In this document: in pieces, positions 35,059 to 45,418 of the stretch
How positions within the stretch are numbered: the first letter of the stretch is position 1
Layout: every line of letters starts with the position of its first letter
IMG/VR virus record: IMGVR_UViG_3300047553_000365
Coordinates: 32,001 to 96,000 of that record
Length of the DNA stretch: 64,000 nucleotides
Strand: one strand, 5' to 3'
Origin: a virus
Position numbers and translations under genes: made by a program
The notes under the pieces: generated by a model
What the model was told of the DNA's origin: nothing
The model's input: the letters and a program-made list of their open reading frames with translations, nothing else
Database searches by the model: none

Positions 35059-36018
35059 TTAGTAAAGTGGAAGGCAGGTAAACCTATCAGTAAAGGTATA
35101 ACAGAACTTACCCCAATTCTTTTTACTGTTGGTAGTATAGTAATAGTCAAAGTTTTCTACAATCTTTTGAACCCCCTCTACACAATCAGCATGAGCAGTA
35201 AACAACATCAGCTTACCACAATTCTTCTCACGAAGTTTCTTAGCAAGACCAATGAAGGTTCCACCCATGCAATTAATATCATCAACAATGAGAGTATCCA
35301 GTCTTCCAAGATCATCAGCTTGCACAAAGAAATCCTTAAGACTTCCATCCTTAACATCACGAACCTTTTCACAACGAATAAGTTTAAATTCACAGTTGGT
35401 AAATTTATTACTAAGGTGTTGAATAATTTTACCTACCCGTTTTCCAGCACCAGCATCAGGTTGAACAATATTAAATCTTTTAACTATCGCATCCTTCTTG
35501 GCAATATTAATATACCCTTGCATCGGTTTGAGACAATCCTCAATAACCTTTTCAACATATTCCAATTCATCCTTAACAACAACATTGTTAAGCAATGCAG
35601 GAACAACTTCACTATGCGGACAAAAGATTTCCACACTAGCAAAGCCACAGCCATTAATCATATCAGTAAAGACTTTACAAGTCAAGGGTTCTCCCATATT
35701 ACAAACCCTATCTTGTCTTGCAGCAGGAAAGTAGGGAAGAATCAAATGAATATTCTTAAAGCCCATTCTACGAGCAGCATCATTAGCAAGAATGATTTGA
35801 AATAGATCAGCAATATTATTATAGCGTTGAGTAATAATCAAATCGCCGGGATACTCCACAATAGTAGTAATTTGCAAATGAGGTTCACCCCCCTTAAATT
35901 CAAAATACTTATAATCCAAAACCTTAGTATCAGAAATAGTAGGAGTAAATTCCTCATCTAAATTAATCTGATAGGGAGTAGTTTTAGTTTCCCAATTTAC
36001 ATGAATATGATTTTTCAT
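35059..36018 (-). CDS. prs: ribose-phosphate pyrophosphokinase-like protein (probable NARP1 Adps)
   Basis: FKGGEPH, PYFPAARQDR, PDAGAGKR and IVDDINCMGGT (PRT) motifs. Confidence 0.88.
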   Translation of the reverse strand: MKNHIHVNWETKTTPYQINLDEEFTPTISDTKVLDYKYFEFKGGEPHLQITTIVEYPGDLIITQRYNNIADLFQIILANDAARRMGFKNIHLILPYFPAARQDRVCNMGEPLTCKVFTDMINGCGFASVEIFCPHSEVVPALLNNVVVKDELEYVEKVIEDCLKPMQGYINIAKKDAIVKRFNIVQPDAGAGKRVGKIIQHLSNKFTNCEFKLIRCEKVRDVKDGSLKDFFVQADDLGRLDTLIVDDINCMGGTFIGLAKKLREKNCGKLMLFTAHADCVEGVQKIVENFDYYYTTNSKKNWGKFCYTFTDRFTCLPLY

Positions 36019-36020
36019 AA

Positions 36021-37029
36021 TTACTTACATTTTTCTTGTTGAGTCTTACTATTATAAAAGTTGAGTGCTTCTTCGATCAGATAAACACGGGGAGCAACTT
36101 TAATTTGCACACAGTCTTTAGCATTATCAATAACCTTACAAACACCTATCCCACTAATTACCACTATAGCGAGAAGGACTATAGCAAACAAAGGTTCCAA
36201 TCCATCAATAGAATTTTTATTATCTTTCCACATCCAACAAAGAAATTTCTTACCATAGTAGATAGTAAGGGGAACGATAATCAACGAAATAATACCACTG
36301 ATAAGACATTCATAAAATCTCCAAGTCAAAAACTCTTGCAGAACAATAGGAATTTGTTCAAGCATAAAATTAGTGCCAGCTTGAATTGCTTCCACTCCAT
36401 TCTTAATAACGGTTTCCGCCCCTTCAATACCTTTTTCCAATGCTTTTTCTACTGTAGGATTCATGATTGTGTTTGTTTTATATAGTGAATTATTTCGTTT
36501 TGTTGACTCTTAGAATGAAAATCTTTTGCTCTTTCTCTTATCTCAATAATTGATCTACAGCTTTTATAACGCTTAATAAAGGATATATGAAATACACAGC
36601 CTGTTTTATGGAAGTGTATTGATTCTCCTATTACTGTATATCTTTCGTTCACACACTACTATAGTGCGGTTTTAATTACTTATTCTTTGGATCATAGATA
36701 ACAACTTCATAGTTAGTATAGCTATCAAATCCCCAAGAATTACGATGAGTTGTCTTTTTAACCTGCAACATTCTATCCAAATACTTAACATCAGTTACAA
36801 TCTGTGTTGGAAAGTTTTCAGAGAGAACAATAATATCGCTCTTAGTTTGAAATCCTTTTGCCGTTTCATACTCAATCTTCGCATCCCCAAAACCAGCAAC
36901 AATAGATAGCATTAAATTAACTCCAAATAATACAAAACTTAAAACAAATCCTAATTCACTTCCTTTACGAAATGCGTAAATTACTACTAGTAAAAGAAGA
37001 CCTGTGCAGACTAAATGTATAATATTCAT
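36021..37029 (-). CDS. three hypothetical proteins (36021-36464 TM, 36461-36652, 36676-37029 TM)
   Basis: ORFs in operon. Confidence 0.6.
36658..36678 (-). promoter_or_regulatory. phage promoter motif copy 22
   Basis: TAATTAAAACCG-CAC-TATAGT, 5 nt to GTG 36652. Confidence 0.7.
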
Positions 37030-37053
37030 ATGTTTATTTTGTTTATAAAATGG

Positions 37054-37087
37054 GGGGTGATGATAAGCAACCACCTATCATCACCCC
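37054..37087 (-). terminator. intrinsic terminator after rIIB
   Basis: GGGGTGATGATA / TATCATCACCCC 12-bp stem followed by CCATTTT. Confidence 0.7.
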
Positions 37088-37108
37088 GATTACTAACCTC
37101 CCCCTTCT

Positions 37109-38116
37109 TTACAGATACACAACCTCCATGCCAATCTCATCATCATATTCCCAATCATACCACAAGTCTTGAAGAATATTGAAGGCTACTTCCTTAGTGA
37201 TATAACTAGGAGATACACTATTTTGCACCTGCCTAATAGTCACTTGATCGACACCAGCATCCTTCTTATTCTCAAGATAGGTTTGCACCTTCTTAGTGTA
37301 TGCTTGCAATTCAGATGAATTCTTCTCATCAGTCTTATCAACTTCAAGAACATCTTGTCCCTTCTCATCAACAACAGAAGTTTTGATTTCGTGTGTGAAT
37401 TCTGCAACAACTTCATACTTACAAACACGACACTTTTGGAAATTGCAATCCGTTGGAACGGACACAACATCTTTAGGATTGACCTTAACTAACACAGTCT
37501 TGTTAGCAAAGGTAGAACCATAATCAAAGCTACCACAATGCAGACCAAAGGAACAATGCTTATTACGATCATCATCCACATGACTACGGGAAACTTCAAT
37601 GACTTCTCCCACGCCATTATAGATATGACCATGTTCATCAACCTTACCCTTAATCACCTTAGTTTCCTTATTACCAGAAGCGGAGTAGTAATCATCACGA
37701 ACTCCCTTATAGGCAACAAAGCAACCATCTTCAGTAATTGGCAGTTCCTTATAAGAAAGGAAGTCAGTCAATTCTGCAATAGATTGAGCAGAAGGATTGT
37801 CCTTAAGATTCTTCCAAAAGTTCTCAAAGTGTTCAATTGGAAGACCATCACGAATAATGGACTTAATCTTAGTTGCTAGTGCCTTGGGAAGCTTCTCCCC
37901 TTCATAACTAACATCATCTCCTGCGACCACAAATCCCTTATCGTTAAGCTTACGAGCAGGATTTACAATATCAAGGACAGCCTGTTCTTGCTCATCCTTG
38001 GGAAGTTCAAAGACCTTAACAATACTTGCGTATTTAGGATCAGTCTTTTCAACTCTAACTTTCTCACCACTCTCAAGAATGATGATGATTGCGCTTGCGT
38101 TTGTAATGTATTTCAT
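37109..38116 (-). CDS. rIIB: RIIB lysis-inhibition protein
   Basis: NPS...LPITEDGCFVAYKGV, CSFGLH, VKVNPKDVVSVP and KCRVCKYEVV; adjacent to rIIA. Confidence 0.85.
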   Translation of the reverse strand: MKYITNASAIIIILESGEKVRVEKTDPKYASIVKVFELPKDEQEQAVLDIVNPARKLNDKGFVVAGDDVSYEGEKLPKALATKIKSIIRDGLPIEHFENFWKNLKDNPSAQSIAELTDFLSYKELPITEDGCFVAYKGVRDDYYSASGNKETKVIKGKVDEHGHIYNGVGEVIEVSRSHVDDDRNKHCSFGLHCGSFDYGSTFANKTVLVKVNPKDVVSVPTDCNFQKCRVCKYEVVAEFTHEIKTSVVDEKGQDVLEVDKTDEKNSSELQAYTKKVQTYLENKKDAGVDQVTIRQVQNSVSPSYITKEVAFNILQDLWYDWEYDDEIGMEVVYL

Positions 38117-38139
38117 AGCTTTGTATCTGTTTCGTGTTT

Positions 38140-38160
38140 ATTGTATCTCGGTTTTAATCA
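38140..38160 (-). promoter_or_regulatory. phage promoter motif copy 23
   Basis: ATTAAAACCG-AGA-TACAAT; short leader to rIIB ATG. Confidence 0.75.
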
Positions 38161-38172
38161 ATGTCAAGTAAG

Positions 38173-40155
38173 TTATTTCAGGTTCATAATCTTCCTAATG
38201 TCCTCTCTGGTAAGATTCTTTGAGGCATAAGAATGGCGAATTTGACGCAGAATTCTACCTCTGCAAGAATCTTCCGAAAAAATTCTACGCATAACTTTAT
38301 CAATCTTATCAAGTTTTTGTTGTCTAATATTGCTATCAGTATATTTCTTAATAGCCTTGGCAGTTCTAGGAGAAGCAGCCCCCAGACAAATATCCTTAAT
38401 CCTTGATTCAACTGCTTCAAGTTCTCTTTGTTCTCTGTGTCTTTCTCGGATTTCATCAGCCTTTTTATTATACTCTTTACTTCCATATTCAATCCATCCT
38501 GCTTCCAGAAGAGATTCAATCATGGCTTTACTATTAGTATAATAATAAAGATTATTAAATCCGTAAGTTGCCTTATTAACAATGGTCTTATATTCCAGTT
38601 CATTAAGATCCGTAACTTGGTCATACCAATCATCGGCGGTATAATCAACTTTAACATTAGGATTGTTCTTAAGAAAATTAGCGATTCTCTCATCAGAATG
38701 TTTAATGAGTTCTTCCGCATTCATAGTATTCTTCCAATTACTATTACGGAAGTAGACAAGAAACTTAGTAGTATCCTTGGCAGTAGTTTGAAGCTTGGGA
38801 AGCTTCATCTTCTTAACATCAATAAAGTCGCAGTCAGTGATATCAATATTCTTATCACCAGCAGCAATCTTAGCAGCCATGTTATTAAACTCTACCTCAG
38901 AGATATAAAGGAATCCTTCATAGTCTAAGCCTTGAAGATTCTTATAGTAACTAATAAGTCTCTTCTTCCAAGAGTTGGTATTCTTAATATCAGGAATGAT
39001 ATGAATAGGCTTTCTCTTACCCACAAGGTTCTTCATTCCATTATAACCATATTGATTAAGTTCCACCATCTTTACGATGTGTCGAGAAGTATAATGAGTA
39101 AGAGGAAAGAGTTGCGTATAGTTATGGGAGAAATATTCCAAAGTGGAAGTCTTACCAAAGGGAACTTCCTGTGTAAGAACTGCACCAAGCTTAGGACAAG
39201 TAATAAGTTCCTTCTCCTGCGCCCTAACTTCATCAATAAACTTAGTAATCTCTACATAAACCTTAGTATTAAGAGCAGTAGATTCAATACGCTCACGGCT
39301 AATGGGAAGAGTAAGCTTACCAATAGGAACATCAATCACAATAATGTGTTCCGATTCCACAGAGAAGGAATAATTTTCGTAACCATAGATCACTCCCCCC
39401 ATTCTAAGGTAAGGATTGTTATAGGTCTGCCTATCGGGAATATCACTAGCCTTGTAAGCTTCAATAGTAAAGTCTCCAATGGTCTTGGTATGCAATGGAA
39501 TTGCAGGAACCGTAACAGTATTGTAAACGATTTCCTTAAACTCGATAGGACTAGTAAAGGTTCTAACGAACTTCTTGGTAGTGTTAATGAAGTTAGCAAT
39601 ATCGCTATTCTTAACATCCACGGAAACTTCAATACCTTGCTCCGTAGTGGGTTCTTCTGAAACCTTATAGATTTCTCCAATGGGAATACCACTACCACTA
39701 GCTCCCAAGGTGCAGACATAAGTTGCCTTAACACCGTTATGGTGACTCACAACATAGTAAGTATCACTATAACAGAATGCAGCCTTACCACCGATACCAA
39801 ACCCACCAATAGAGTTATTCTCTGCGGACTTAGTAGATTCAAAGTAAACAGCAAAGATATTACGAACATCATGTTCATTCAATCCCATTGCATAGTCGCG
39901 CACTCCCCAAACATAACTACCATCACGACTTTCAATAAAGACATTAATGGGTTGAGTAATTCTATACTTAATATGCTCATCCCGTGCATTAGAAATATAC
40001 TCACGAACAACTGCAAGAACCTTATCAGAATAAATCTTATCCCGCATAAAGTATTGAGCCATTTCCATGCCCTTCATGGACATACCCATAATACTCTTAG
40101 AACTCTGCAAGTCCTCAGATACAAATGTTTTCTTAGTGATGATTCCTGTTTTCAT
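38173..40155 (-). CDS. rIIA: RIIA protein (N-terminal GHKL ATPase)
   Basis: IYSDKVLAVVREYISNARD, VRDYAMGL and STK...IGGFGIGGKAAF motifs. Confidence 0.85.
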   Translation of the reverse strand: MKTGIITKKTFVSEDLQSSKSIMGMSMKGMEMAQYFMRDKIYSDKVLAVVREYISNARDEHIKYRITQPINVFIESRDGSYVWGVRDYAMGLNEHDVRNIFAVYFESTKSAENNSIGGFGIGGKAAFCYSDTYYVVSHHNGVKATYVCTLGASGSGIPIGEIYKVSEEPTTEQGIEVSVDVKNSDIANFINTTKKFVRTFTSPIEFKEIVYNTVTVPAIPLHTKTIGDFTIEAYKASDIPDRQTYNNPYLRMGGVIYGYENYSFSVESEHIIVIDVPIGKLTLPISRERIESTALNTKVYVEITKFIDEVRAQEKELITCPKLGAVLTQEVPFGKTSTLEYFSHNYTQLFPLTHYTSRHIVKMVELNQYGYNGMKNLVGKRKPIHIIPDIKNTNSWKKRLISYYKNLQGLDYEGFLYISEVEFNNMAAKIAAGDKNIDITDCDFIDVKKMKLPKLQTTAKDTTKFLVYFRNSNWKNTMNAEELIKHSDERIANFLKNNPNVKVDYTADDWYDQVTDLNELEYKTIVNKATYGFNNLYYYTNSKAMIESLLEAGWIEYGSKEYNKKADEIRERHREQRELEAVESRIKDICLGAASPRTAKAIKKYTDSNIRQQKLDKIDKVMRRIFSEDSCRGRILRQIRHSYASKNLTREDIRKIMNLK

Positions 40156-40161
40156 GCGCTC

Positions 40162-40182
40162 AGTGTAGGTCGGTTTTAATTA
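40162..40182 (-). promoter_or_regulatory. phage promoter motif copy 24
   Basis: TAATTAAAACCG-ACC-TACACT, 6 nt to ATG 40155. Confidence 0.8.
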
Positions 40183-41109
40183 ATTATCTTCCACCCATCG
40201 TTGATTGATCTCAACTGCGGCATCCGTAATAAGCTTTGCAGTAATTTCTTGCATATTTGTATTAGAATCTTGGCTACCCTCCCCAGAAGGTTTAATCCAT
40301 ACTTTACGAGAACGACCCATATAGTAATTTAGAACAGTCATAACAATGTAGCACTTCAAGAAGTGATTATGCTTATCTTTATCTTTCGCTTCTTTAAGAA
40401 TAACTTGTTGGGCATGTTTGTATCCATATCTAATATCCATACCTCTAAAAATATCCCAATAGTCAGGCATTTTGTAACCTGTTTGTTTGAGGGAAATACT
40501 CAAACTGGTAAGTCCTGCCAACAGCATAAATCTTGACATAGAATCATCCTCACTAATTTTGATTATTGCTTGTCTAACATTCTCAAAATCAGATTCAAAA
40601 TCCTTATAGTATGCTTTTAAGGTAGTATAGTAGTCTTCATCCCCATTTTCCTTTTTAGGATTATAGGAAAGTCCTACACTTTCCAATAAGGAATCAAGAA
40701 CATTTTTCTTAATGATGATATGTGTAAATCTTAATTCGTCTTTACCATACTTTCCATTTTTAACATACAACCTGCCTTCATGATCTGCTTCCAAAACTTT
40801 ATAGATATCAAGATCATCCACTTTAACAGGAACATCATGGTATTTATTTTCCCCTTGCTCCATCTCCACAATATTTTCTTTAAGAAAGTCAACAATGTAT
40901 TGTGATTCAGGGCTACATTTTTCAACCCCACCATAATCATCATATTCACCCTCAAAGAAAAGAGGGAATGGAGTATAGTAAGTATCACAATAACAATGAT
41001 CCCCGTCTACTCCCTTATAAGGACTTTCTACCAAAAATAAGCAATACACTTTATCTCCTGCCATAACAGGAAGATTAGTAATTGCACAAGTTCCATTCCA
41101 GCATCCCAT
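40180..41109 (-). CDS. hypothetical protein
   Basis: 309 aa ORF beginning MGCWNGTCAITNLP. Confidence 0.75.
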   Translation of the reverse strand: MGCWNGTCAITNLPVMAGDKVYCLFLVESPYKGVDGDHCYCDTYYTPFPLFFEGEYDDYGGVEKCSPESQYIVDFLKENIVEMEQGENKYHDVPVKVDDLDIYKVLEADHEGRLYVKNGKYGKDELRFTHIIIKKNVLDSLLESVGLSYNPKKENGDEDYYTTLKAYYKDFESDFENVRQAIIKISEDDSMSRFMLLAGLTSLSISLKQTGYKMPDYWDIFRGMDIRYGYKHAQQVILKEAKDKDKHNHFLKCYIVMTVLNYYMGRSRKVWIKPSGEGSQDSNTNMQEITAKLITDAAVEINQRWVEDN

Positions 41110-41121
41110 ATTATTAGTTTT

Positions 41122-41613
41122 CTATTGGTTAATCCATTCGGGTTTGTTTTGTTTCCAGTTATGAAGATGTTTCTTATCGTGGATATAGTAAAGACGATAA
41201 CAATGCACAGGATCAGATTCATCAAAGTCAGGCATAGTGCGACAAATAGAATCTTGACTAATAGCAATGGCAAACTTGGTAAGACCCTGTGTAGGGAATG
41301 TAAGCTTGTTCATATTGAGAACACACCAATCTAAAACATCTTGGCTTTTGTGACGCTTACCATATCGTGCAGTATATTCATGAAAGGTAGCATAAGAATG
41401 CCTAATAAGCCAGAGCATATTTTCTTTAGACTCACGCACCCAAATAGAACTAGGATGATTCTGGTGAGACTTTTTATAAGGCGCATCAATACCTTGTAAT
41501 TGAAATGCGGTGCATAAGAGTTGTGTATGCTCTAAGCCCATCTTACTAATATGACGATCAACTTGCCATTGTGCAGATTGCACAGGATCATTAGATAGGC
41601 AGAAAATGTTCAT
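41122..41613 (-). CDS. pyrimidine-dimer DNA glycosylase / endonuclease V-like protein
   Basis: MNIFCL...DRHISKM...Q, HQNHPSSIW, Y..RYGKRH pattern. Confidence 0.75.
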   Translation of the reverse strand: MNIFCLSNDPVQSAQWQVDRHISKMGLEHTQLLCTAFQLQGIDAPYKKSHQNHPSSIWVRESKENMLWLIRHSYATFHEYTARYGKRHKSQDVLDWCVLNMNKLTFPTQGLTKFAIAISQDSICRTMPDFDESDPVHCYRLYYIHDKKHLHNWKQNKPEWINQ

Positions 41614-41619
41614 GGCCCT

Positions 41620-41640
41620 ATCATACCCCGGTTTTAATTA
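41620..41640 (-). promoter_or_regulatory. phage promoter motif copy 25
   Basis: TAATTAAAACCG-GGG-TATGAT, 6 nt to ATG 41613. Confidence 0.8.
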
Positions 41641-41654
41641 AACCTTTTTAATGG

Positions 41655-41688
41655 GAGAAACTATAATGTTACTGGCATCATAGTTCTC
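41655..41688. terminator. intergenic hairpin
   Basis: 13-bp stem with one bulge and 7-nt loop (GAGAACTATGATG...CATTATAGTTTCTC on minus strand). Confidence 0.4.
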
Positions 41689-41706
41689 GATTCAATCACT
41701 TCAAGT

Positions 41707-42184
41707 TTAGTAAGAAGTGATTCGGCTGTTGCGAATTTCGCAAGTAAGATCACGGGTATCAACATTAACCCATTCTCCACCGTGTTGATTCTTACGAATA
41801 AGAACCTTTGATTCTCCACCCAAAAGATGGAAAGAACCGTCAGGATTGCGAACCATGCTTACTTGATAAACCTTGGGGTTTTTTCTTTGGTCACGGTTAC
41901 GCAGCCATTGCTTGTTTTTTCTGTTTGTGTTTCTCATATGTTTATTTTTGTTTTTTTATATAACCTTCTGCTATTAATAGATCATCTACAGAATCTAGAA
42001 AACTTTCTACATTAATATCTATTAATAAGTTTTCCAATAAAGAATCAAGTCTGTCTAATTCTTTTTCGTATTTTTTCTTATCAACAGGATTGTCAATAGA
42101 TTCTATTTCTATAGCTATCTGGTTAAGTCTTTCTTTTACTGATTCAATTTGACTATCAATACGGTTCCAATCTTCTTGTCCCAT
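41707..42184 (-). CDS. two small hypothetical proteins (41707-41937 basic; 41942-42184 coiled-coil)
   Basis: ORFs in operon. Confidence 0.6.
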
Positions 42185-42187
42185 GTA

Positions 42188-42850
42188 TTAATTAGTCCGC
42201 TCATCGTGATGGTCAATCATTTCTGTGTCTTTTGTTGACATAATATCTTGAATATCATCGAACGACCATATCTTACCATAATCTATTCCAACGTCAAGTC
42301 CTTTTCCTAAAGGAAATTCAGGTCTACGTTGAGGATCATTTAAATGACTATGGCCAGATAAGTTCCAAGCCCCCCTATGACTCTTATGAAAGATTCGATA
42401 AGGAAAGTGATTAAGAATTACCATCTGCTTACCAACGTGTATTTCCAGATGATTACCCATAAATTCCACATTGGCAATTCTTAAGGGATAAACTTCAATA
42501 TCATCCCTACCAAATTGTTTTAATACTTCAGTCTTATAAATACGATACATATTAGATTCATGGTTTCCCCACAAATATCTAATAGTTCTACATTTAATAG
42601 ACTTCAGCCATGACATACAGAGTTCGTCCGTAGCATTTAAAAATCCGTCTCCAAGAAAGTAAAGAATACCATCTTCAGGAACAGTATTATTAATCATGAC
42701 CAACATCTTCTCTGCGGAATCCTGTGCGTTTAAATGTCCACGGGTTTCCCAGATTGGAGTAGGCCAATTAGGATTATGATAGGCATGAAAGTCACTACTA
42801 AAGTATAACTTACTCTTTTCTTCCCACTTGTGTTTTATTATTCGATACAT
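42188..42850 (-). CDS. calcineurin-like metallophosphoesterase
   Basis: SDFH, LGDG, WGNHE, NHFP and GHSH motifs. Confidence 0.85.
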   Translation of the reverse strand: MYRIIKHKWEEKSKLYFSSDFHAYHNPNWPTPIWETRGHLNAQDSAEKMLVMINNTVPEDGILYFLGDGFLNATDELCMSWLKSIKCRTIRYLWGNHESNMYRIYKTEVLKQFGRDDIEVYPLRIANVEFMGNHLEIHVGKQMVILNHFPYRIFHKSHRGAWNLSGHSHLNDPQRRPEFPLGKGLDVGIDYGKIWSFDDIQDIMSTKDTEMIDHHDERTN

Positions 42851-43082
42851 GTTCTTTTAAGTATTCTACGATATCATCTGTTCCTGTCAGTCTACCAGTA
42901 ATCTCTCCATTGTCAAATGTAATTAGAACGGGGGTAGACTTAACATTTCGCTTTTTAAATTCCTTGGGGTTGTCCTTGGAGTTAAAGTATTCCACTTCAA
43001 GGTTGTTCTGTTCCAGCTTTCTTTTTAATACAAATCCTAAGCCCTCCCAAATATTTAAAAATAATATATAATCATTTTTCAT
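42810..43082 (-). CDS. thioredoxin/glutaredoxin-like fold protein lacking CxxC
   Basis: NVKSTPVLITFDNGEITGRLTG resembles the Trx cis-Pro region; no cysteine. Confidence 0.5.
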   Translation of the reverse strand: MKNDYILFLNIWEGLGFVLKRKLEQNNLEVEYFNSKDNPKEFKKRNVKSTPVLITFDNGEITGRLTGTDDIVEYLKEHVSNNKTQVGRKE

Positions 43083-43089
43083 ATATTAA

Positions 43090-43356
43090 TCAACATCTGG
43101 GGGTGCATCTCTTACAAGGACAGGAGATGAAGTGAATACAGGATTGTTTAGTTACCTTATCTACACCAGTCCCATTACAACGCTCACATTGTTTATGTAA
43201 ACAATCATTATCTTCATTACTATTTGTCCAAAGAGGTTTGAAATCTTCGAAAGGATCTATCTTATTATCACTTCTCACAAATTCTGAAAAAGTGATTTCT
43301 CCCCTTCCTATAACTTCACTGAGTTTAGGTAATTTATCTTTATCTATATCATTCAT
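43090..43356 (-). CDS. small zinc-finger protein
   Basis: CLHKQCERCNG...CIHFISCPCKRC. Confidence 0.6.
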   Translation of the reverse strand: MNDIDKDKLPKLSEVIGRGEITFSEFVRSDNKIDPFEDFKPLWTNSNEDNDCLHKQCERCNGTGVDKVTKQSCIHFISCPCKRCTPRC

Positions 43357-44435
43357 ATATTAAGTTTGTTTTCCATATATTTTTGAACGAGCTTATCATC
43401 AATGAAGGCTTTGTCAAGCATAGTAAATGCCATGCTTTTCTCTATTCCAGTTCGGAATCTAGTTTGAATTGCTATGGCTTGATCCTTACGAGTATCTAGC
43501 TTCTTTATGTAAGTATCCAACTCATATTCGATATCTTCAACATCCTTACGAAAGTCATTAAAGGCATTCACAACATCTTGCATATAGTCCTTACACTTCT
43601 CTGCAATTTCGTGATCCATAGTATCTTCCACATACTTATAGAATTCGTCATAAGTAGTAGGACGATGAGATTCCATGAAAACACCAAGAACTTGCTTTAC
43701 CCCCTTAACACCAGTAGCAAGAGCATGAAGAGACAAATACCAATCTGCTTTACACTTACGAAGATATTGACCACATTCTGAATACAATACAACACCTTCC
43801 TTACCTTCCCACATCTTTACATCTTCAATACAGTCATGTATAGAATCAAACTCATAACGCTTAGGACGATTCATATACCATGTATCGGCCAATACATCCA
43901 AATAAGATTGAGAAGTCAATTCACCAGTTTCATTGTTTATGATGCCGATAAGTGACAGAGTAGGTTCCTTAGCATTGTTAATAACAATGACATTACTAGG
44001 AGTAGTCCATTCGGTAAGAATCGAATAGTAGTCAGAAAACAGAAAAAGATTGTTTACGAATTTAGAATACTTCTTCTTAAGAAATTCTATTTCCTTACCA
44101 TTTACCATCTGTTCTGCATTAACAGTTCCACGGGTTCTGTGTATGATTTCTTCATTGTGGCATCCCCAGATAAGCAGAGAACCATCCATCTTTTCAATTG
44201 CAGTAAATCCCCCATTGGGAAACTTATTCAAATCAGGCTTTTCAGACCAGTTAAAGAACTTATTAAATCCACGGGAAATAACCTTATGATCGGACTTACG
44301 CACAATCATAGAACGAAACTTAAGATTGTCTTCAGTCCAAGTGCAACGAATATCATTAGGAGTAATAAGGACACAATCATCCCCTCCTATGACACAATCT
44401 TTAAAGTTGAAATTTTCTGTATCGGGCAAATTCAT
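43353..44435 (-). CDS. T4 Rnl1-like RNA ligase
   Basis: GFNKFFN, EKMDGSL (motif I), EW, EGVV and KCKADWY motifs. Confidence 0.85.
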   Translation of the reverse strand: MNLPDTENFNFKDCVIGGDDCVLITPNDIRCTWTEDNLKFRSMIVRKSDHKVISRGFNKFFNWSEKPDLNKFPNGGFTAIEKMDGSLLIWGCHNEEIIHRTRGTVNAEQMVNGKEIEFLKKKYSKFVNNLFLFSDYYSILTEWTTPSNVIVINNAKEPTLSLIGIINNETGELTSQSYLDVLADTWYMNRPKRYEFDSIHDCIEDVKMWEGKEGVVLYSECGQYLRKCKADWYLSLHALATGVKGVKQVLGVFMESHRPTTYDEFYKYVEDTMDHEIAEKCKDYMQDVVNAFNDFRKDVEDIEYELDTYIKKLDTRKDQAIAIQTRFRTGIEKSMAFTMLDKAFIDDKLVQKYMENKLNI

Positions 44436-44441
44436 GTAAGC

Positions 44442-44462
44442 ATAGTAAGTCGGTTTTAATTA
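44442..44462 (-). promoter_or_regulatory. phage promoter motif copy 26
   Basis: TAATTAAAACCG-ACT-TACTAT, 6 nt to ATG 44435. Confidence 0.8.
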
Positions 44463-44463
44463 C

Positions 44464-44981
44464 TTATTCCCAAAGTCCCATTACTAGACCATAAGCTTCT
44501 GCCCTAGTAGATGCATTACACATCCACCAGTAGGAACATCCTTGATATCCAACAGCCCTTAGATAAAGATATTCTATCTTTTCTTGATACTCTTCAACCA
44601 ATTCTTCTTCGTTCCACATTGTTAATTCTAATTTTCTCATGGAATCAAGACTTTTAAAATAGTTGGGAGGTATAACTCTCTTCTCTCCATTAGGGGTAGT
44701 TCCTCTTAAACAGAATTCTCCCCGTTTAAGTTCAGTCCATCCTAGATGTTCTAGAATCTTAATTCTCTTTTCCTCCGTAGTCATAATCAATTTATTTGAT
44801 ATATAGTAGTATTTGTAATCCAATAGGCGGAATGATAACTCTTTTTCCAAAGTTTTTTGGCCTTATTCTCTGCGGATTTTTCTGTCTTGGCGGATACATA
44901 ATACTCCGACCACCCATCACAAAGATCATATCCATTATACGATTCGTGATATGTTAAAAATTTAACTGTCCAATTTTTCAT
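44464..44981 (-). CDS. two hypothetical proteins (44464-44850, paralog of 4511-4945; 44787-44981)
   Basis: ORFs in operon. Confidence 0.55.
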
Positions 44982-45418
44982 AGTAGTGGTAAGCGGTCGG
45001 TTACTCCCTCAAATTTATTATCCCAATGTGGACCGATTGCAATACAAGTTTTAGTAGTTACTCCATTAAATTCAGTAGCACCATTATCTTCAACCATATG
45101 AACAATTAAACCAGCATCAAGGGCTTTCTGATAAACAGCAACCAGTTCTTCTTCGCTTTCTACATAGACACAGATTTTACGAAAAGAGTTTCTAAGCCAA
45201 TGAGAAATTTCATCAACATAAATATCTGAAACAAAATCTGTGGAGAAAAAAAATGCTTTGGAACACCAAGGGGATTCGCCATCATCGTCTATAATTTCGG
45301 AATCAAGACGCATTCTCTTAGTCAAAAATGCCATAGACGCATGACAGGATTGTGCTGCAAGCTTGCCCTTACGCATATTCAAATCCTTACGGATAACTAT
45401 GATTTGTTTAGTATTCAT
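44978..45418 (-). CDS. peptidyl-tRNA hydrolase type 2
   Basis: KQIIVIRKDLNMRKGKLAAQSCHA, KICV, DNGATE and TCIAIGP motifs. Confidence 0.9.
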   Translation of the reverse strand: MNTKQIIVIRKDLNMRKGKLAAQSCHASMAFLTKRMRLDSEIIDDDGESPWCSKAFFFSTDFVSDIYVDEISHWLRNSFRKICVYVESEEELVAVYQKALDAGLIVHMVEDNGATEFNGVTTKTCIAIGPHWDNKFEGVTDRLPLL

